Shown here one piece after another: positions 39,643 to 53,540 of a stretch of DNA of 64,000 nt. The stretch is from the NCBI RefSeq assembly GCF_009914755.1, contig NC_060941.1; one strand, written 5' to 3'. Under the pieces are notes generated by a model. The model was not told the DNA's origin and did no database searches. It saw nothing but the letters and a program-made list of their open reading frames with translations. Origin of the DNA: the human T2T-CHM13v2.0 reference genome, Homo sapiens. The translations under genes were made by a program, and so were the position numbers. How positions within the stretch are numbered: the stretch's first letter is position 1; each line of letters begins with the position of its first letter.

Positions 39643-40700
39643 AAAATGCTGCTGCCTGGTTTCCCACGTGGGCAATTTGCTGGAGCAGCTAGAGAAGAGG
39701 TCTGTGAGGGGTTTAAGGAGACTTTAAATGCATAAAGTCAGATAAAGCTAGGCTTCCCGGGGCACTCAAGCTGAGTCAACTGAGATGGTGATAATGGGAA
39801 TTGATGATCAAATGCCACCTGGCAGTAAAACCTAGCACCTGCAGGACATGGCTCTGGAGGAGACCTCCTCCAGGTGAGGAGCCAGGCTGGACCTGTGATG
39901 TCACCTCCCTCTACAACTCTATTCCTTCCATCCCTGGGTTCTCCACCATGCTGGCCTGCTGGGCACTGCTGCTCTTTTAACTCTTTTTTTCTTTCCTTTT
40001 TCTTATTTGTTAACATAGTATAAAATTGACTCTTTTTTTGGTATATGGTTCTATAAGCTTTAACATGTATAGATTCATATTCTCCACTGCTACGGAATAG
40101 TTCTATCATCCCAGAAAACTCTCTCAAGCTGCCACTTTGTCGTGAAACCCTCCACCCCTCCTAACCCACAGCAATCACTAATCTGTTCTGCATTACTATT
40201 GTTTTGCCTTTTCCAGGATGCTATATAAGTGGAATCATGCAGTATGTGACCTTGGGATATCGGCCTTCTTCCACTCAGCACAATGCCTTTGAGACTCGTC
40301 TAAAATGTTGTGTGTATAAATCATTCCTTTTTGTTGCTGAGTATTTCATTACATGGATATACCACATTCACTCACCCACTGAAAGGCAAAGGTGTTGTTT
40401 CCAGGTTTTGGTGATTATGAATAGAGCTGCTATGAATATTCACCTACAGGTTTTTTGTGTGAACATGAGATTTTATTTCTCTGCAATAAATACCTACGAA
40501 TATGATTGCTGTGTTGTACGATGTGTATGTTTAATAAGAAACTGCCAAACTGTTTTCTAGAGTAGCTGTACCAGTTGCATTCCCACCAGCAAAGTATGAG
40601 TTTCAGTTTCTACACATCTTCACCAGCAGCTATTATTGTCAACTTTTTTGTTTCAGCCATTCCAATAGGTGTGTAATGGTATTTATTAATATTTGTAGTT

Positions 40701-40869
40701 TTATTATTATTTATTTATTTTGAGATAGGGTCTCACTCTGTCACCCAGGCTGGAGTGCAGTAGTATGATCATAGCTCACTGCAGCCTTGAATGCCTGGGC
40801 TCAAGCAATCTTCCTGCCTCAGTCTCCAAGGTAGCTGGGACTACAGGTGGGTGTCACCATGCCCAGCTG
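40701..40869 (-). mobile_element. FRAM / AluJ right monomer
   Basis: Single Alu arm with 'gatcatagctcactgcagccttgaa'. Confidence 0.85.
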
Positions 40870-41122
40870 TATTGTGGTCTTAATTTGTATTTCCCTAGTA
40901 CCTAATAATGTTGAACATCTTTTCATGGCATCCATATATTCTCTTTGGTGAAGTGCTTGTTCAAGTCTTTTGCCCATTTTTAATTGAGTTATTTTCTCAT
41001 TACTGAGATTTAAGAGTTCTTTATATATTCTGGATACAAGTCCTTTTGTCAGATGTCTGATTTGCAAATATTTTCTGCCAGTCTACAACTTGTCTTCCTA
41101 TTCTCTTAGAAGTGTCTTTCAC

Positions 41123-41435
41123 AGCCGGGTGTAGCAGCTCACGCCTGTAATCCCTCCCTTGGGAGGCCGAGGTAGGCAGATCACTTGAGGCCAGGAGTTC
41201 AAGACCAGCCTGACCAACATGACAAAACCTGGTCTCTACTAGAAATACAAAAATTATCTGGGTGTGGTGGCACACACCTGTAATCCCAGGTGCTTGGGTG
41301 GCTGAAGCACGAGAATCGCTTGAATCTGGGAGGCAGAGTTTGCAGTGAGCTGTGAATGCACCACTGCACTCCAGCCTTCTAGCCTGGGTGACAGAGCGAG
41401 ACATTGTCTCAAAAGCAAAAAAAAAAAAAAAAAAA
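41123..41435 (+). mobile_element. Alu (AluS)
   Basis: Dimeric Alu; TSD AGAA(G/A)TGT(C/G)TTTCA. Confidence 0.95.
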
Positions 41436-41886
41436 GAAATGTGTTTCATTTAGCAAGAGTTTTTCATTGTGATGAAGTCCAGTTTATCAAATTTTTGTTT
41501 TATGGGTAATGTTTTTGATGTCATATGTAAGAATTCATCTAGCTCCAAATCACTAAGGTTTTCTTCTATTATTTCTTCTAAAAGTTTTATGTTTTAAATT
41601 TAAGTCAATGATCCATTTCAAGTGAATTTCTACATAAGGTATAACGCTTAGGGTAAGGTTCGCTTTTGTGTATATGAATGCCCATCCACTTCAATATCAT
41701 TTATTGAAAAGAAAAACTGTCCTTTCTCCATTGAATTGCCTTTGCAACTTTGTCAAAAGTTAAATGATCTTTTTTATAGTTGGCTGTTTCTGATCTTTCT
41801 ATTACGTTCCATTGAGCTATCATTTTTCTCTCTGTATATGTGTCTTTATTTTTGCCAATATGACACTGCCTTAATTATTGTAGTTT

Positions 41887-42454
41887 TTTTTAAATTTTAT
41901 TATTATACTTTAAGTTTTAGGGTACATGTGCACAACGTGCAGGTTTCTTACGTATGTATACATGTGCCATGTTGGTGTGCTGCACCCATTAACTCGTCAT
42001 TTAGCATTAGGTATATCTCCTAATGCTATCCCTCTCCCCTCCCCCGACCCCACAACAGTCCCCGGTGTGTGATGTTCCCTTCCCATGTCCATGTGTTCTC
42101 ATTGTTCAATTCCCACCTATGAGTGAGAACATGAGGTGTTTGGTTTTTTGTCCTTGCGATAGTTTGCTGAGAAATGATGATTTCCAATTTCATCCATGTC
42201 CCTACAAAGGACATGAACTCATCATTTTTTATGGCTGCATAGTATTCCATGGTGTATATGTGCCACATTTTCTTAATCTCGTCTATCATTGTTAGGACAT
42301 TTGGGTTGGTTCCAAGTCTTTGCTATTGTGAATAGTGCCGCAATAAACATACATGTGCATGTGTCTTTATAGCAGCATGATTTATAATCCTTTGGGTATA
42401 TACCCAGTAATGGGATGGCTGGGTCAAATGGTATTTCTAGTTCTAGATCCCTGA
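41887..42454 (-). mobile_element. Young 5'-truncated L1PA (L1PA3-like)
   Basis: 'ttatactttaagttttagggtacatgtgcacaacgtgcagg...cccattaactcgtcatttagcatt'; TSD TAATTATTGTAGTTT/TAATTATGGTAGCTT. Confidence 0.9.
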
Positions 42455-43746
42455 TAATTATGGTAGCTTTATAGTAAGTCTTAAAGTTGGGTATGGTGAG
42501 TTCTCCAGCCTTATTCTTCTTTTGCAAAATTGGTTTGTCTATTCTAGTTCCTTTGCTTTTTCATAAAGTTTAGAATTAGCTTGTCTATATCTACAAAAAA
42601 ATCCTGCTGGATTTTTATTGAAATTGCCTTAAATCTATAGATCTACAGAGAAAATAGGCATTTTTATTGTGTTAAATCTGCTAATGAATGCACATTATAT
42701 GCCTCTCCATTTATTTAAGTCTTCTTTTATTTCTTTCACCAGCATTTTGTAGTTGCAGGATATAGAACTGCTACATGTTTTGTTAAATTTATATCTAAGC
42801 ATTTCATATTTCTGGAGCTATTGCAAATGATACTGTTTCTAAATGTTGGTGTCCAATTATTCATTACTAGTATATAGAAATATGATGGATGTTTTTGTGT
42901 TGATTTTGTATCCTGCAACCTTGGTAAACTACATCTTGGTTGTAGTTTTTCTATTTGTAGATTTTTTGAAATTTTCTGTGTAGGCAAACATTTGGTCTGT
43001 GAATGGAAACAGTTGGATTTCTTACGTTCAGTCTGTATGCCTTTATTTATTTATTTCCTGATTGTACTAGCTGGAACTGCCAGTGGTGAGTGAAAATCCT
43101 TGACTTCTCCCAATCTTAGGAGGAAAAAAAACTCTGTGTTTCACATTAAGTATGATGTTAGTTGTAGGTTTTTTATAGATATCCTTTATCAGGTCAAGGT
43201 AGTTCCCTTCCATTTCCAGTTTTCTGAGAGTTATTATTACCAATCAATGTTGCATTTTGTTAGATGTGTTTTCTGCATTCGTTGATATGATTGTGTGGTT
43301 TTTCTACTGTAGATTGTTAATATAGTGGCTTACATTGATTAATTTTCAAATATTCAACCAGCTTGGCATTCTTGTGATAAACCCCACTTAGTCATGGTGA
43401 GTTGCTCTTTTTATATGTTTCTGGTATCAATTTGCTGATACTTTGTTAGGAAATATTGTGTCTATGTTCATAAGGGAAATTGATCTATAGTTTTCTTTGT
43501 CATGTGTTTTCTTTGTCTAGTTTTGCTGGCCTCATAAAATGATCTTGGAAGACTTTTCTCCTCTTCTATTTTCTGGAAGAGATTGTGTAGAATTGCGTTA
43601 TTCTTCTTTAAATATTTGGAAGAATTTGCCAGAGAAACTAAGAGGCTTTTAAAAAAGAATTGTATCTACAAATTCAAATTATTTAACAATCATAGGACCA
43701 TTTAGGTTATCTACTTTATCATGAATGAGTTTTGGTTGTTTGTGGT

Positions 43747-44098
43747 TGTCTTAGTTTGGCCTGGTATAATAATACCAAAGACCGTGTAGCTTAAACAACA
43801 AACATGTATTTCTCACAGTTTTGAAGGCTGGAAAGTCCAAGATCAGGGTGCCCGCAGACCTGGAGTCTGGTGAGGACACCCTTGGTTTTCAAATGGACAT
43901 CTTCTCCTTGTATCCTCACATGGCAGAGAGAACTCACCTCTCCTGTGTTTCTTCTTAATAAGATCACTAATCCCAATCATGAGGGCTTCACTCTGATGAC
44001 CTAATTACCTCCTAAAGGCCCCATCTAATACCATTACAGTGGGGGTTAGGATTTCAACATGCAAATTTGGGGAAGACACAAACATTCAGTGCATAACA
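43747..44098 (-). mobile_element. MLT1A0-like solo LTR inside the L1M
   Basis: TGTCTTAGT...ATAACA with perfect TSD GTGGT. Confidence 0.9.
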
Positions 44099-44639
44099 GT
44101 GGTTTTTGAGGAATTGGTCCATTTTATCTGTTGTCAAATTTATGTTCCTGGAGTTGTTTGTATTATTCCCTTATTATCATTTTAATGTTTGTAATGATAT
44201 CCCCTCTTTCATTGCCGATATTGGTAATTTGTCTTCTCTCTCCCCTGCTTCTCTTTTCTTTATCAGTCTTGCTAGAGTTTGACCAATTTTCTTGACATTG
44301 CAAAAAATCAGCTTTTGATTTCATTGATTTTCTTTATTTTCTGTTTCCAATATCATTGATTTCTGTGCTCCATTTTTCTTCTTGCTTTGGACTTATTTTA
44401 CTCTTCCTTTTCTAGTTTCTTAAGGAATCTAACACTATTGAAACCTTTCTTCTGTTCTAATGCAAGTATTTAATGCTATAATTTTTCTCTAACTACTCCT
44501 TTAGCTGAATTTCACAAATTTTTATATGTTGCTTTCATTTTCATTTAGTTCCAAAATATTTTCTAATTTCCCTTGAGGCTTCCTCTTTTTCTCATGGGTG
44601 AGTTAAAAGTATGTTGTTGAATTCAATGCACCTGGGAGC

Positions 44640-44929
44640 TGCCAGGCATGGTGCCTCATGCACCCAGCACTTCAGGAGGCCAAGGCAGGAGGATCGCTCG
44701 AGCCCAGGAGTTCAAGACCAGCCTGGGCAACATAGTGAGACTTCGTTTCTACAAATAATACAAAAATCAGCTGGGCATAGTGGTGCGCACCTCTGGTCCC
44801 AGCTAATCAAGAGGGGGCTAAGGTGGGAGCATCGCTTGAGCCCAGGTGGTCAAAGCTGCAGTGAGCCATGATCATAACGCTGCACTCCAGCCTAGGCAAC
44901 AGAGCAAGACCCTGTCTCAAAAAAAAAAA
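44640..44929 (+). mobile_element. Alu (AluJ)
   Basis: Dimeric Alu; TSD ACCTGGGAG. Confidence 0.9.
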
Positions 44930-47900
44930 GTACCTGGGAGATTTTTCTGTTATCTTTCAATTATTAATATTTGGTTTAATTTCATTAAGGTCAGAGAACA
45001 TACTTCATATGATTTTAATTTAAATTTATTAAGATTTGTTTTATGACCCATTATATCACCTATCTTAGTGAATGTTCCATGTGCACTTGGAAAGAATGTG
45101 TATTCTACTTTTATTGGGTTGAATGTTCTGCAAATGTCTGTTAGATCCAGTTGAGTTGATGGTGCTGTTCAATTCTATTTATTTTCTGTCTGCTAGGTCT
45201 ATCAGCAACTGAGAAAAGAGTGTTGACGTTTCCAATTATAATTATGGATTTGTTTATTTCTCCTTTCAGGTCTGTCGGTTTTTGATTCAAGTATTTTAGA
45301 GCTCTGTTGTTAAGTGCATCTACATTTAGATTTTTATGTATTCTTTGTGAATTTACTGTTCCGTCATTATGTAACAACACATTTTATCCCTGGTGACTTT
45401 CCTTGCTCTGAAGTCTACTTTGTCTGATATTAACATAGCCACTCAGTTTTCTTTTGGTTAGTGTTTGCATGGTATATATCCTTCTATATTTTGACTTTTA
45501 ACCTACCTATATCACTATATTTAATGTGAATGTCTCACAGGCAGCTTCTTTCTTTAATCCATTCTGATGACGTCTACATTGAAATTCGTATTAGACCATT
45601 TACATTTAATGTAATTATTGATATGTTTGGATTTAGATCTCCCATTTTATCAGTTCCTTATTTATTTTCTCTATTCACTTTTGTTTGTTTCTCTGTTTCC
45701 TCCTTTCCTGGCTTGTTTTAGGTTAGATGAACATGTTTGTATTTATTTTATCTATTGTATTCTTTACTATATCTCTCTGTATAGTTGGTTTTAAGTGGTT
45801 GCTCCAGGGATTATGATATACATAACTTTTTACAGTCTACTTAGAATTATTATGTTACCACTTCCAAGTGTAATATGGAATCTTGCCACTATAGAAGTTC
45901 CTTTAATCCTCACTCATTTATGTTATTCTTGTCTCATATATTATATCTATATATGTATTGATAACCTAATCAGGCAACTCTTTAGCATATTTAAAGAACC
46001 CAAGAGGAGAATAATCTATCATACTTGCCCAGATATTGGCCATTTCTGTTGCTCTTTCTTTATTCATGCTACTTTAAGTTACCCTCTGGTATAATTTCTC
46101 TTTTGCCCGAAGAACTTTCTTTAGCCATTCTTTTAGAGCAGATCTGATGATAATAAATTCTCTTGAGTTTTCTTCATCTGAGAATGTCTTTCTTTAATCT
46201 TCATTCCTGAAGGATATTTTCACAGAATATAGAATTCTGAGTTGACAGTTCTTTTCTTTCAGCACTCAAAAAATGTTGTGCTACTTCCTTCTGACCTTTG
46301 TGGTATTCAATAAGAAATTGTCTGTAACTCAAATCACTGTTCCCCAATAAGTAACGTCCCATTTTTCTCCAGCTGCTTCAATACTTGTCTTTGCCTTTAG
46401 TTTTCATCAGTTTGATATTTATATTTCTAAATGAATATTTTGGGGGTTAATCTTCTCATGGCTCAGTGAGTCTTGGATCTGTATGTTTATTTATCTGCCA
46501 GATTTAGGGAGTTTTCAGCTATTGTTTCTTCAAATACCTTTTCTGCACTGCACTCTTTCTCCTCTTTTTCTGGGATCCTATTGGCACAAGTATTTGGCCT
46601 TTTAGTATTGTCCCATAGGTCTTGAGGCTCTGTTTATTTATGTTAAAACAATTTTTTCTCTGTTGTTCAGATTGATTCATTTCTGTTGACCCATCTTCAA
46701 CTTCACTGACTCATCTGTCATTTCACGTCTGCTATTGAGACCATCTAGAGAGGTGTTTTTATTTTATTTGTCACATTTTTCAGTTCTAAAATTTTCATTT
46801 GGTTCTTCTTTATATTTTCTATTTATTTGTTGAGACTTTCTATCTTTTCATTTATTTCAAGACTCTTTGCCCTGATTCTTGAGGCATTTTTATAACAATT
46901 GTCTTAAAATCTTTGCCTAATAACTCCACCATCTGTGTTTTCTTGGTGTTAGCAACTGTTGATTGTCTTTTCTCGTGAGTGTTGACATTTTCCTGGTTCT
47001 TCATAGTCCAAGTCATTTTGGTCGTTATCCTGGACATTTTGAATACTATATTATGACTCAGAGTCTTATTTAAATTCTATAGAGAATGTTGACGTTTATG
47101 TTTTAATACAACCAACCCAGCTGGGTTCAGGTAAGTTTCAACCAGCCTCCTGTGGGTTGTGGTTCTAACAGCCATTCAGTTTTCAAAGCCTCTGCAGTGC
47201 TATTTAGATTCGTCCTGTGTGTGCACCACCCACTGGCAAGTCTGGGACCTGTGAGTTAGTCTGTTCTTTTCTTTAGTTCATTTCTCAAAGTCTTCAATAC
47301 ACTGCTTAGGACTGGACCCATTAGTGTTCATAAATAACTTTATAAGGTATCTTTCCCTAGCTCCTCCCTTTCCAAATTACCCTAGTACTTCCTAGTTTTC
47401 TGTGACTCTCCTTTTCAGTCCTTTAACCAGAGAGCTGAGATTTTAGTTACCCTAATCTGCCACTTATTTACCATGACTATGTCTGCATCTGGGGCCAGTT
47501 GGAACCACAGGTCCTCTCATCATAAGGGAAAGTTTTCCTCCCACAGAGATTTACATGATTGCAGGTCCCTACTACTACTGCTATTGCTGCTTCCATCCTA
47601 CTGTCACAGGATTACCTGGGCTAGGTATAAGCAAAGGGAGAAAACAGGAGAAAAGACAATGGAGGGATTTTCCCCCACTTTCTATGAGTATCAGGAGTCC
47701 CCTTTCCCATTCCTCAGGCTTCTCCTGGTCTGCACCCTGTGCCCATTTCTGGATTTCAGGCTATCTTAAGTCAAGCCTAGGGCATACCAGAGAAAAAAAT
47801 AAAACAGGAAACTCACCACAAGTCCAGAAGTACTTCAAATTCTGATCTTCTTTAATCTGCCTGCTATTATTTAATTTTCAGAGTCCTCAAGTAGCAGCAT

Positions 47901-48209
47901 CAGGCATTCTATCCAGATTTTTTTCACTACATTCAGTGGGAGAGGGAGGGTAAAATGTGCTTGCTCGATCTTATCTGGAACTAGAACCTGCCCCTTAACT
48001 GTTTAGCCCTTTGGCCCAAATGAGGGCACAAACCCTTCCTATGTCTTGTCAGGTGGGACAAAACAGTCCTTTTCAGAGGAAAGTATGCATTCTAACATTT
48101 GAGAATCCAGTAAGTTAGACAGCATTTGGATGTTAAGCTGGGATGAATCAAGGGACATAATGAGGATGGAAAGCAGGTAATAGAGAAAGGCCCTGGCAGA
48201 GGATCAGTT

Positions 48210-48445
48210 ATAAATCCCTACTGCCATATACCATGTGCCATGCCCTGTTGTGAGCACTTTACATATATAATGTTGTTTTTCCCTCACAACATCTCTGAGG
48301 GAGGTAATATTGCCCTTATAAGGAGACTTAGGCTCAGAATGGTTAACCAACTTCAAGGTCACACAGTAAGTGAATAACAGTAAGTGAAAGCCAGGATCTC
48401 CCCCAGGCAATCTGGGGCCAAAGTCAGGAGCATAACTACTCCCTA
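48210..48445 (-). mobile_element. MIR
   Basis: 'ctcacaacatctctgagggaggtaatatt...aacttcaaggtcacacag'. Confidence 0.75.
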
Positions 48446-48824
48446 AAAGAGCCCTCAGTTCTAATCTAGCTCAGTATGCAGCCCCATGGGCTGGGCTCAC
48501 AGAAGAGTCCAGAGCTAGTTATAAAAAGCCTTGTTACCCAAAGACAAGAGGGTACTCCAGGTCAAGCCTATAGGGCTTCATCTACCAAGTTTTCAGCTGC
48601 TTTGAAGTAGGAAACAGCAAAGGTATAGGCCTGAAAATGATGCCCCAGGCTATAGGGTACCTCTTATCAACTGTTCCCTCATCAATAACAAATGAAAGTA
48701 AGCATCACTGAGCACTCATGGCCTTGCCCTTCAGGTCGGGGTTGTGGAGCAAATTTTAGGCTTGCTCATGGATGTAGGCCACCAGGAGCTCAGGTAGTGA
48801 CCTCAGGATCAGAGGCAGGGACCC

Positions 48825-49543
48825 TATCTTAGTCCATCTGCACTGCTATAACAAAATACCATAAACAAGGTAGCTTATAAAAAACATAAATTTATTTCTC
48901 ACAGTTCCACTGGCTGGCACCAAGATCAAGGCGCCAGCAGATTCAGTGTCTGGGGACAGCCTGTTTCCCGGTTCACAGACAGTGTCTTCTCACTGCATCC
49001 TCTCAAAGTGGAGGGGAGAAGGCAGCTCTCTGGGGCCTCTCTTATAAGGACACTGTCTTAGTCTCCTTTAGTGTGGCTACAACAGAATGCCACAGAATTT
49101 ATAAAGAAACATTCATTTCTCACAGTTCTGGAGGCTGGGAAGTTCAAGAGCATGGTGCCAGCATCTGGCAAGGTCCTTTGTGCTTCATCATCACAAGGTA
49201 GAAGGCAGAAAGGTAACTGAGTACGAGAGACAGAGAGAGAAAGGAGGCCAATCTCCCATGATAACAGCATTAATCCATTCATGAGGATGGAGCCCTCATT
49301 GCCTAATCACCTCTTAATGGTCCTGCCTATCAACACTGTTGCACTGGGAATTAAGTTTCTAACACATGAACTTTGGAGGACACATTTAAACCATAGCAGC
49401 TCCTAGTCCCATTAGTCCCATTCACAAGAGCAGAGCCCATATGAATTAATCACCTCCACAAAAGGCCACACCTTCAAATACCATCACCTTGGGGTTTAGG
49501 TCAATACATAAATTTGGGGGGTACAAACATTCAGACCACAGCA
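48825..49543 (-). mobile_element. MLT1A solo LTR interrupted by an MST LTR
   Basis: 'tcttagtccatctgcactgctataacaaaatacc' ... 'caaacattcagaccacagca'. Confidence 0.85.
49054..49398 (-). mobile_element. MST (MSTD-like) solo LTR
   Basis: TGTCTTAGTC ... 'attaatccattcatgaggatggagccctca' ... AAACCATAGCA. Confidence 0.85.
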
Positions 49544-50869
49544 GAATCTAAGCTCCAAAGCCCTCCCACCCCAAGCCTGCCAGGCCTCCAGGGTCCTCAG
49601 CTATCTACCACCACCCTCTTCCTCCCTCTGAATTATCTCAGCCTCACTCTCCCTCTCTCTGGTCCAGCCTCTGCCCTCCTGCTAGATCTTTTCATTTATC
49701 TTTTGCATCTCCTCCCTTATTCCTCAATGCCTTTTCCTCATCTTTTCTCTCTTCTTCCTTCTTTCCCAACACTTCCTGTTCCTTCACTCTCCTCCTCTCA
49801 CCCTACTCCTTCCCTCTCCTTCATGTCAGTTTCATTTAATCCTTCCTTCAACAGTCACCAAGTGCCATGTGCCCAGGGCTGGGATAAGTATGAACAATTT
49901 CAAAAGATGAGCATACTGCCTTGCCCCGGAGGAGCTCACAGTCCTAATAACAGATAAGTAAGAATGTCATTTGACAAGTTCTTAAAACATCTAGGCCCCT
50001 GGGCTGATTTGAAGAAGCTCCTGCCTCCTTCCCTCTTCGCTACCCTGAGTCTAAGCACACTTATTTCTTAGAGACAGCTTCTCAGCCTCTTCCAGGGACA
50101 AGAGCACCATTAACTCTTGTGAAACCTTTGTGCAAGCTAGAAAAATATATCCCTTTCTTTGGGAAAACAGGGCCGTATACCAGGATGCATGCTTTGCAGT
50201 GAAGTATAGGTTAGATTTCAGCTCCTGTTTCCCCTCTTGGCTAGAAGGCTTTGTGCAGTGTACAACATGCCCAACAGTTTATGCCAGCCCTGCTCTGGGG
50301 TCCATGCCTTAGCCAGTGAATGGCTCTGCTTCTCTGGACCTCCTTGGGCCTTTGAGCAGAGCTAGAAAAGTCTTTGCAAACTGAGTGGGGTACTTCTAAC
50401 CAGATGAGGGAAGCTAACATAGTGTTCAACAGGAGCTGCCTGACTTCTCTGTCATCTTGGCTAGCTGCAGTTCTCCTCTTGCTTCTTTGGCTGAACCCCT
50501 CCTTCTCTGCTTCTCCTTCATCATCCAAGGCTGAGGAAGAGAATGCATCTCTTGCCTGTCATCTCTCTGAGCAGTTGGAATCGACAGGTCCTCAGGCAGA
50601 GGGACTGGCCCCTCCTGACAGCAAACTAGTTCTAGATAAATGAGTATTGGTTTTGCTCTGTTAGCTTTTCATTTGTAGCTATCCTTTGATTTTTCTTCCC
50701 CCTTGCAAAATTGGTTAAGCAATGATATTATGTGTCTGGTTCTGTGGTTGCATTGATTGGTCAGCTCCTGGAGTCTGGGTATTTGCTGGGTTTTCTGTTG
50801 TATTTAGGTTTCCACTCCACCTCCACCTCAACTACCTCCTCTATTTTTGTGGAAAAGGTAGGGAGGAAG

Positions 50870-51075
50870 GGAACTAACACATATGGAGCAGCTATTAATG
50901 CCAGGCACTATGTGGGTGACTTATGCCAATTGCTTCATTCTATCTTCCAAAAACGAAACAAGCCAATGTGGTGGGCATTATTTGTCCTATTTTGCAGATG
51001 AAGAAAATAGTGAGAGATTCGGAAACCCGTTCAAGGTTGCATGGCCAGAAAACAGCAGAGCCAGGTGTGGGTCCC
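50870..51075 (-). mobile_element. MIR
   Basis: 'atgccaggcactatg...cctattttgcagatgaagaaaat'. Confidence 0.65.
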
Positions 51076-51739
51076 CTGCTTCCCCACCAGACTCATGTTT
51101 TACGACTGGCCAGTTTACCAAGTGGCCCTCAGTAAGTGGTTCTGTCTAGACTCCAGGCTGCCACTCTGTGAAGTGGAGAGGCACTCAGACCAGCAATGTA
51201 ATGGGGGGTTATTCCCCCAGATGAGGAAACCCTGAGATCATTAGAGAAAGGTCAAAAGCAAAAGGGCATGGTGACAGTGAAGGGGGAAAGGGGACATGGT
51301 GAGTAGAGGAGCTGGCAGAGGTGGAGAGGGCCCAGTGGGGAGGGACAAAGGAGCACGTTGGCATGCAAATGTGCTTGCTGAGTGGGCATGTTCCCAGCAT
51401 CAGTCAGTCATGGTCTTCACAGCAGCAAATGGGTGGTCCAATTTGTTTTCTCTCCAGTCCTACCCCTTTCCTCTTGGTGGAGTCATCCAGTTGCTGGACA
51501 TTACAGGAGCCCACCTTTAGGTCGACTTCAAGAACTCACAGCTAGAACAGTCTCTGTGGACTGGAGGAGCCCTTTGTGATTACATGGGGCTTAGAACTCA
51601 GCATGCCTACCACCCTTTGTTAGGATGGTTCTCTGTGGATTGGTCAAGCCTTTAGCTACATCTGATTGCTAGCAGGAGTAGAAGAGAGAGACGGGGAGGG
51701 GGGCCTCTGCGGGAAGCAGCAACAAGTTGAAATGGGAAG

Positions 51740-52000
51740 GTCACCGAAGTTTAAGCCCCTCCCATTCACACACCTCTTAGCTGTGTGACCTTGGATAAGT
51801 CACCACTTTTCTGAGCCTTAAAAATAACAAAAAGCTGCTATTTGAGTGCTTACCATCTTCCTGGCACTAATCTAAGCACTTTCCCCATATTACTCATTTA
51901 ATCCTCAAGACAGCCCTAGGAAGAGTATTATCCTTATTTGACATCCATCAAATTGAGGTTTGTTGTAATGATCAAAGAGGTAAAAACAAGAAAGTAGTTT
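51740..52000. mobile_element. MIR fragments in both orientations
   Basis: 'tagctgtgtgaccttggataagtca' (+) and 'tttgagtgcttaccat...ctcatttaatcctcaagacagccctagg' (-). Confidence 0.65.
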
Positions 52001-52189
52001 GTAAAGTGTGTGTGTGTGTGCATGTGTGTGAGATATTATTGCAGAAATCAGCACCGTCATAGCCCATCAGGGAGGAGCAGCTTTCTGGCCCCTGGCATCC
52101 CCTCAAAAAGATTCTGACAACCTCAGGAGTCACCAAGGAGGCTTCCTGGCCCTGGCCCTGACCCTGGCCTGACCACCTTCACTCTACCC

Positions 52190-52970
<781 letters not shown>

Positions 52971-53339
52971 TTATTATCTGATGATAGGGATGCAAAGGTG
53001 ACCATATGCCCGACAGGTGATCTTTCTAAGACACTCATTTCAGCATCTCCACTCCTCACCCCTGGCCCTTCTCTAAAACCCCTTCGAGGTTCCTTATTGT
53101 GCTAATGTCTGGTATGGCCCTGCCCCCATGTCCTCTCGGTCACCCCTTCCCAAGCACCAGCCACACCTCCAGGCTCACTGACCCCCGACCCGCTCTCTCC
53201 TCTAAGCCAGCTCGTTCTGCCTGGATACCCCTGCCCATCTAAGCCAGACACCCCCACACCCACATCCCTATCCTTGCAGCCTTTTTCTTTGGGAACTCTT
53301 TCCAGGCCACCTGGCCCATAGCAGTGGAGGGCCCTGCAC

Positions 53340-53540
53340 TTTGCTCTCAGAGCCCCACACCGACAGCCATCAGACTGCATAGCACATGGAATAGCAATTA
53401 TCTGCTCTCCCGTGAGTCTCCACCAGACCCTGCAAGCTCCTATGGCCTGGGCTGGAAATTACCCATCAGTGTGTCCCACCCCCCAGTGCTGAGCCTGACA
53501 GGCCATAGGAGGCGCTTAGCAAACACTGACTGCATTAATT
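53340..53540 (+). mobile_element. L2 3' end
   Basis: 'ccagaccctgcaagctcctatgg...ccccagtgctgagcctgacaggccataggaggcgcttagcaaac'. Confidence 0.55.

Larger units (their letters stand above)
39985..47990 (-). mobile_element. Old L1M (L1MC/L1MD-like), internally deleted, spanning 3' UTR to apparent 5' end
   Basis: Decayed ORF2 peptides on minus strand (45141-45380 endonuclease-like LKGEINKSIIIIGNVNT; KKNKAGELTIPNFKTYYKAT; KGLVSRIYKELL); ORF1-like peptide at 46852-47037; L1M 3' UTR at ~40000-40300. Confidence 0.85.

Noticed and set aside
39811-39828. CTCF-like motif (minus strand CTGCCAGGTGGCAT); weaker ones near 26700 and 31809
   Set aside because: Partial matches that cannot be told from background without PWM scoring or ChIP data.
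40819-47037. ORFs with L1 ORF1/ORF2-like peptides
   Set aside because: Short decayed LINE-1 remnants with stops and frameshifts; not functional CDS.
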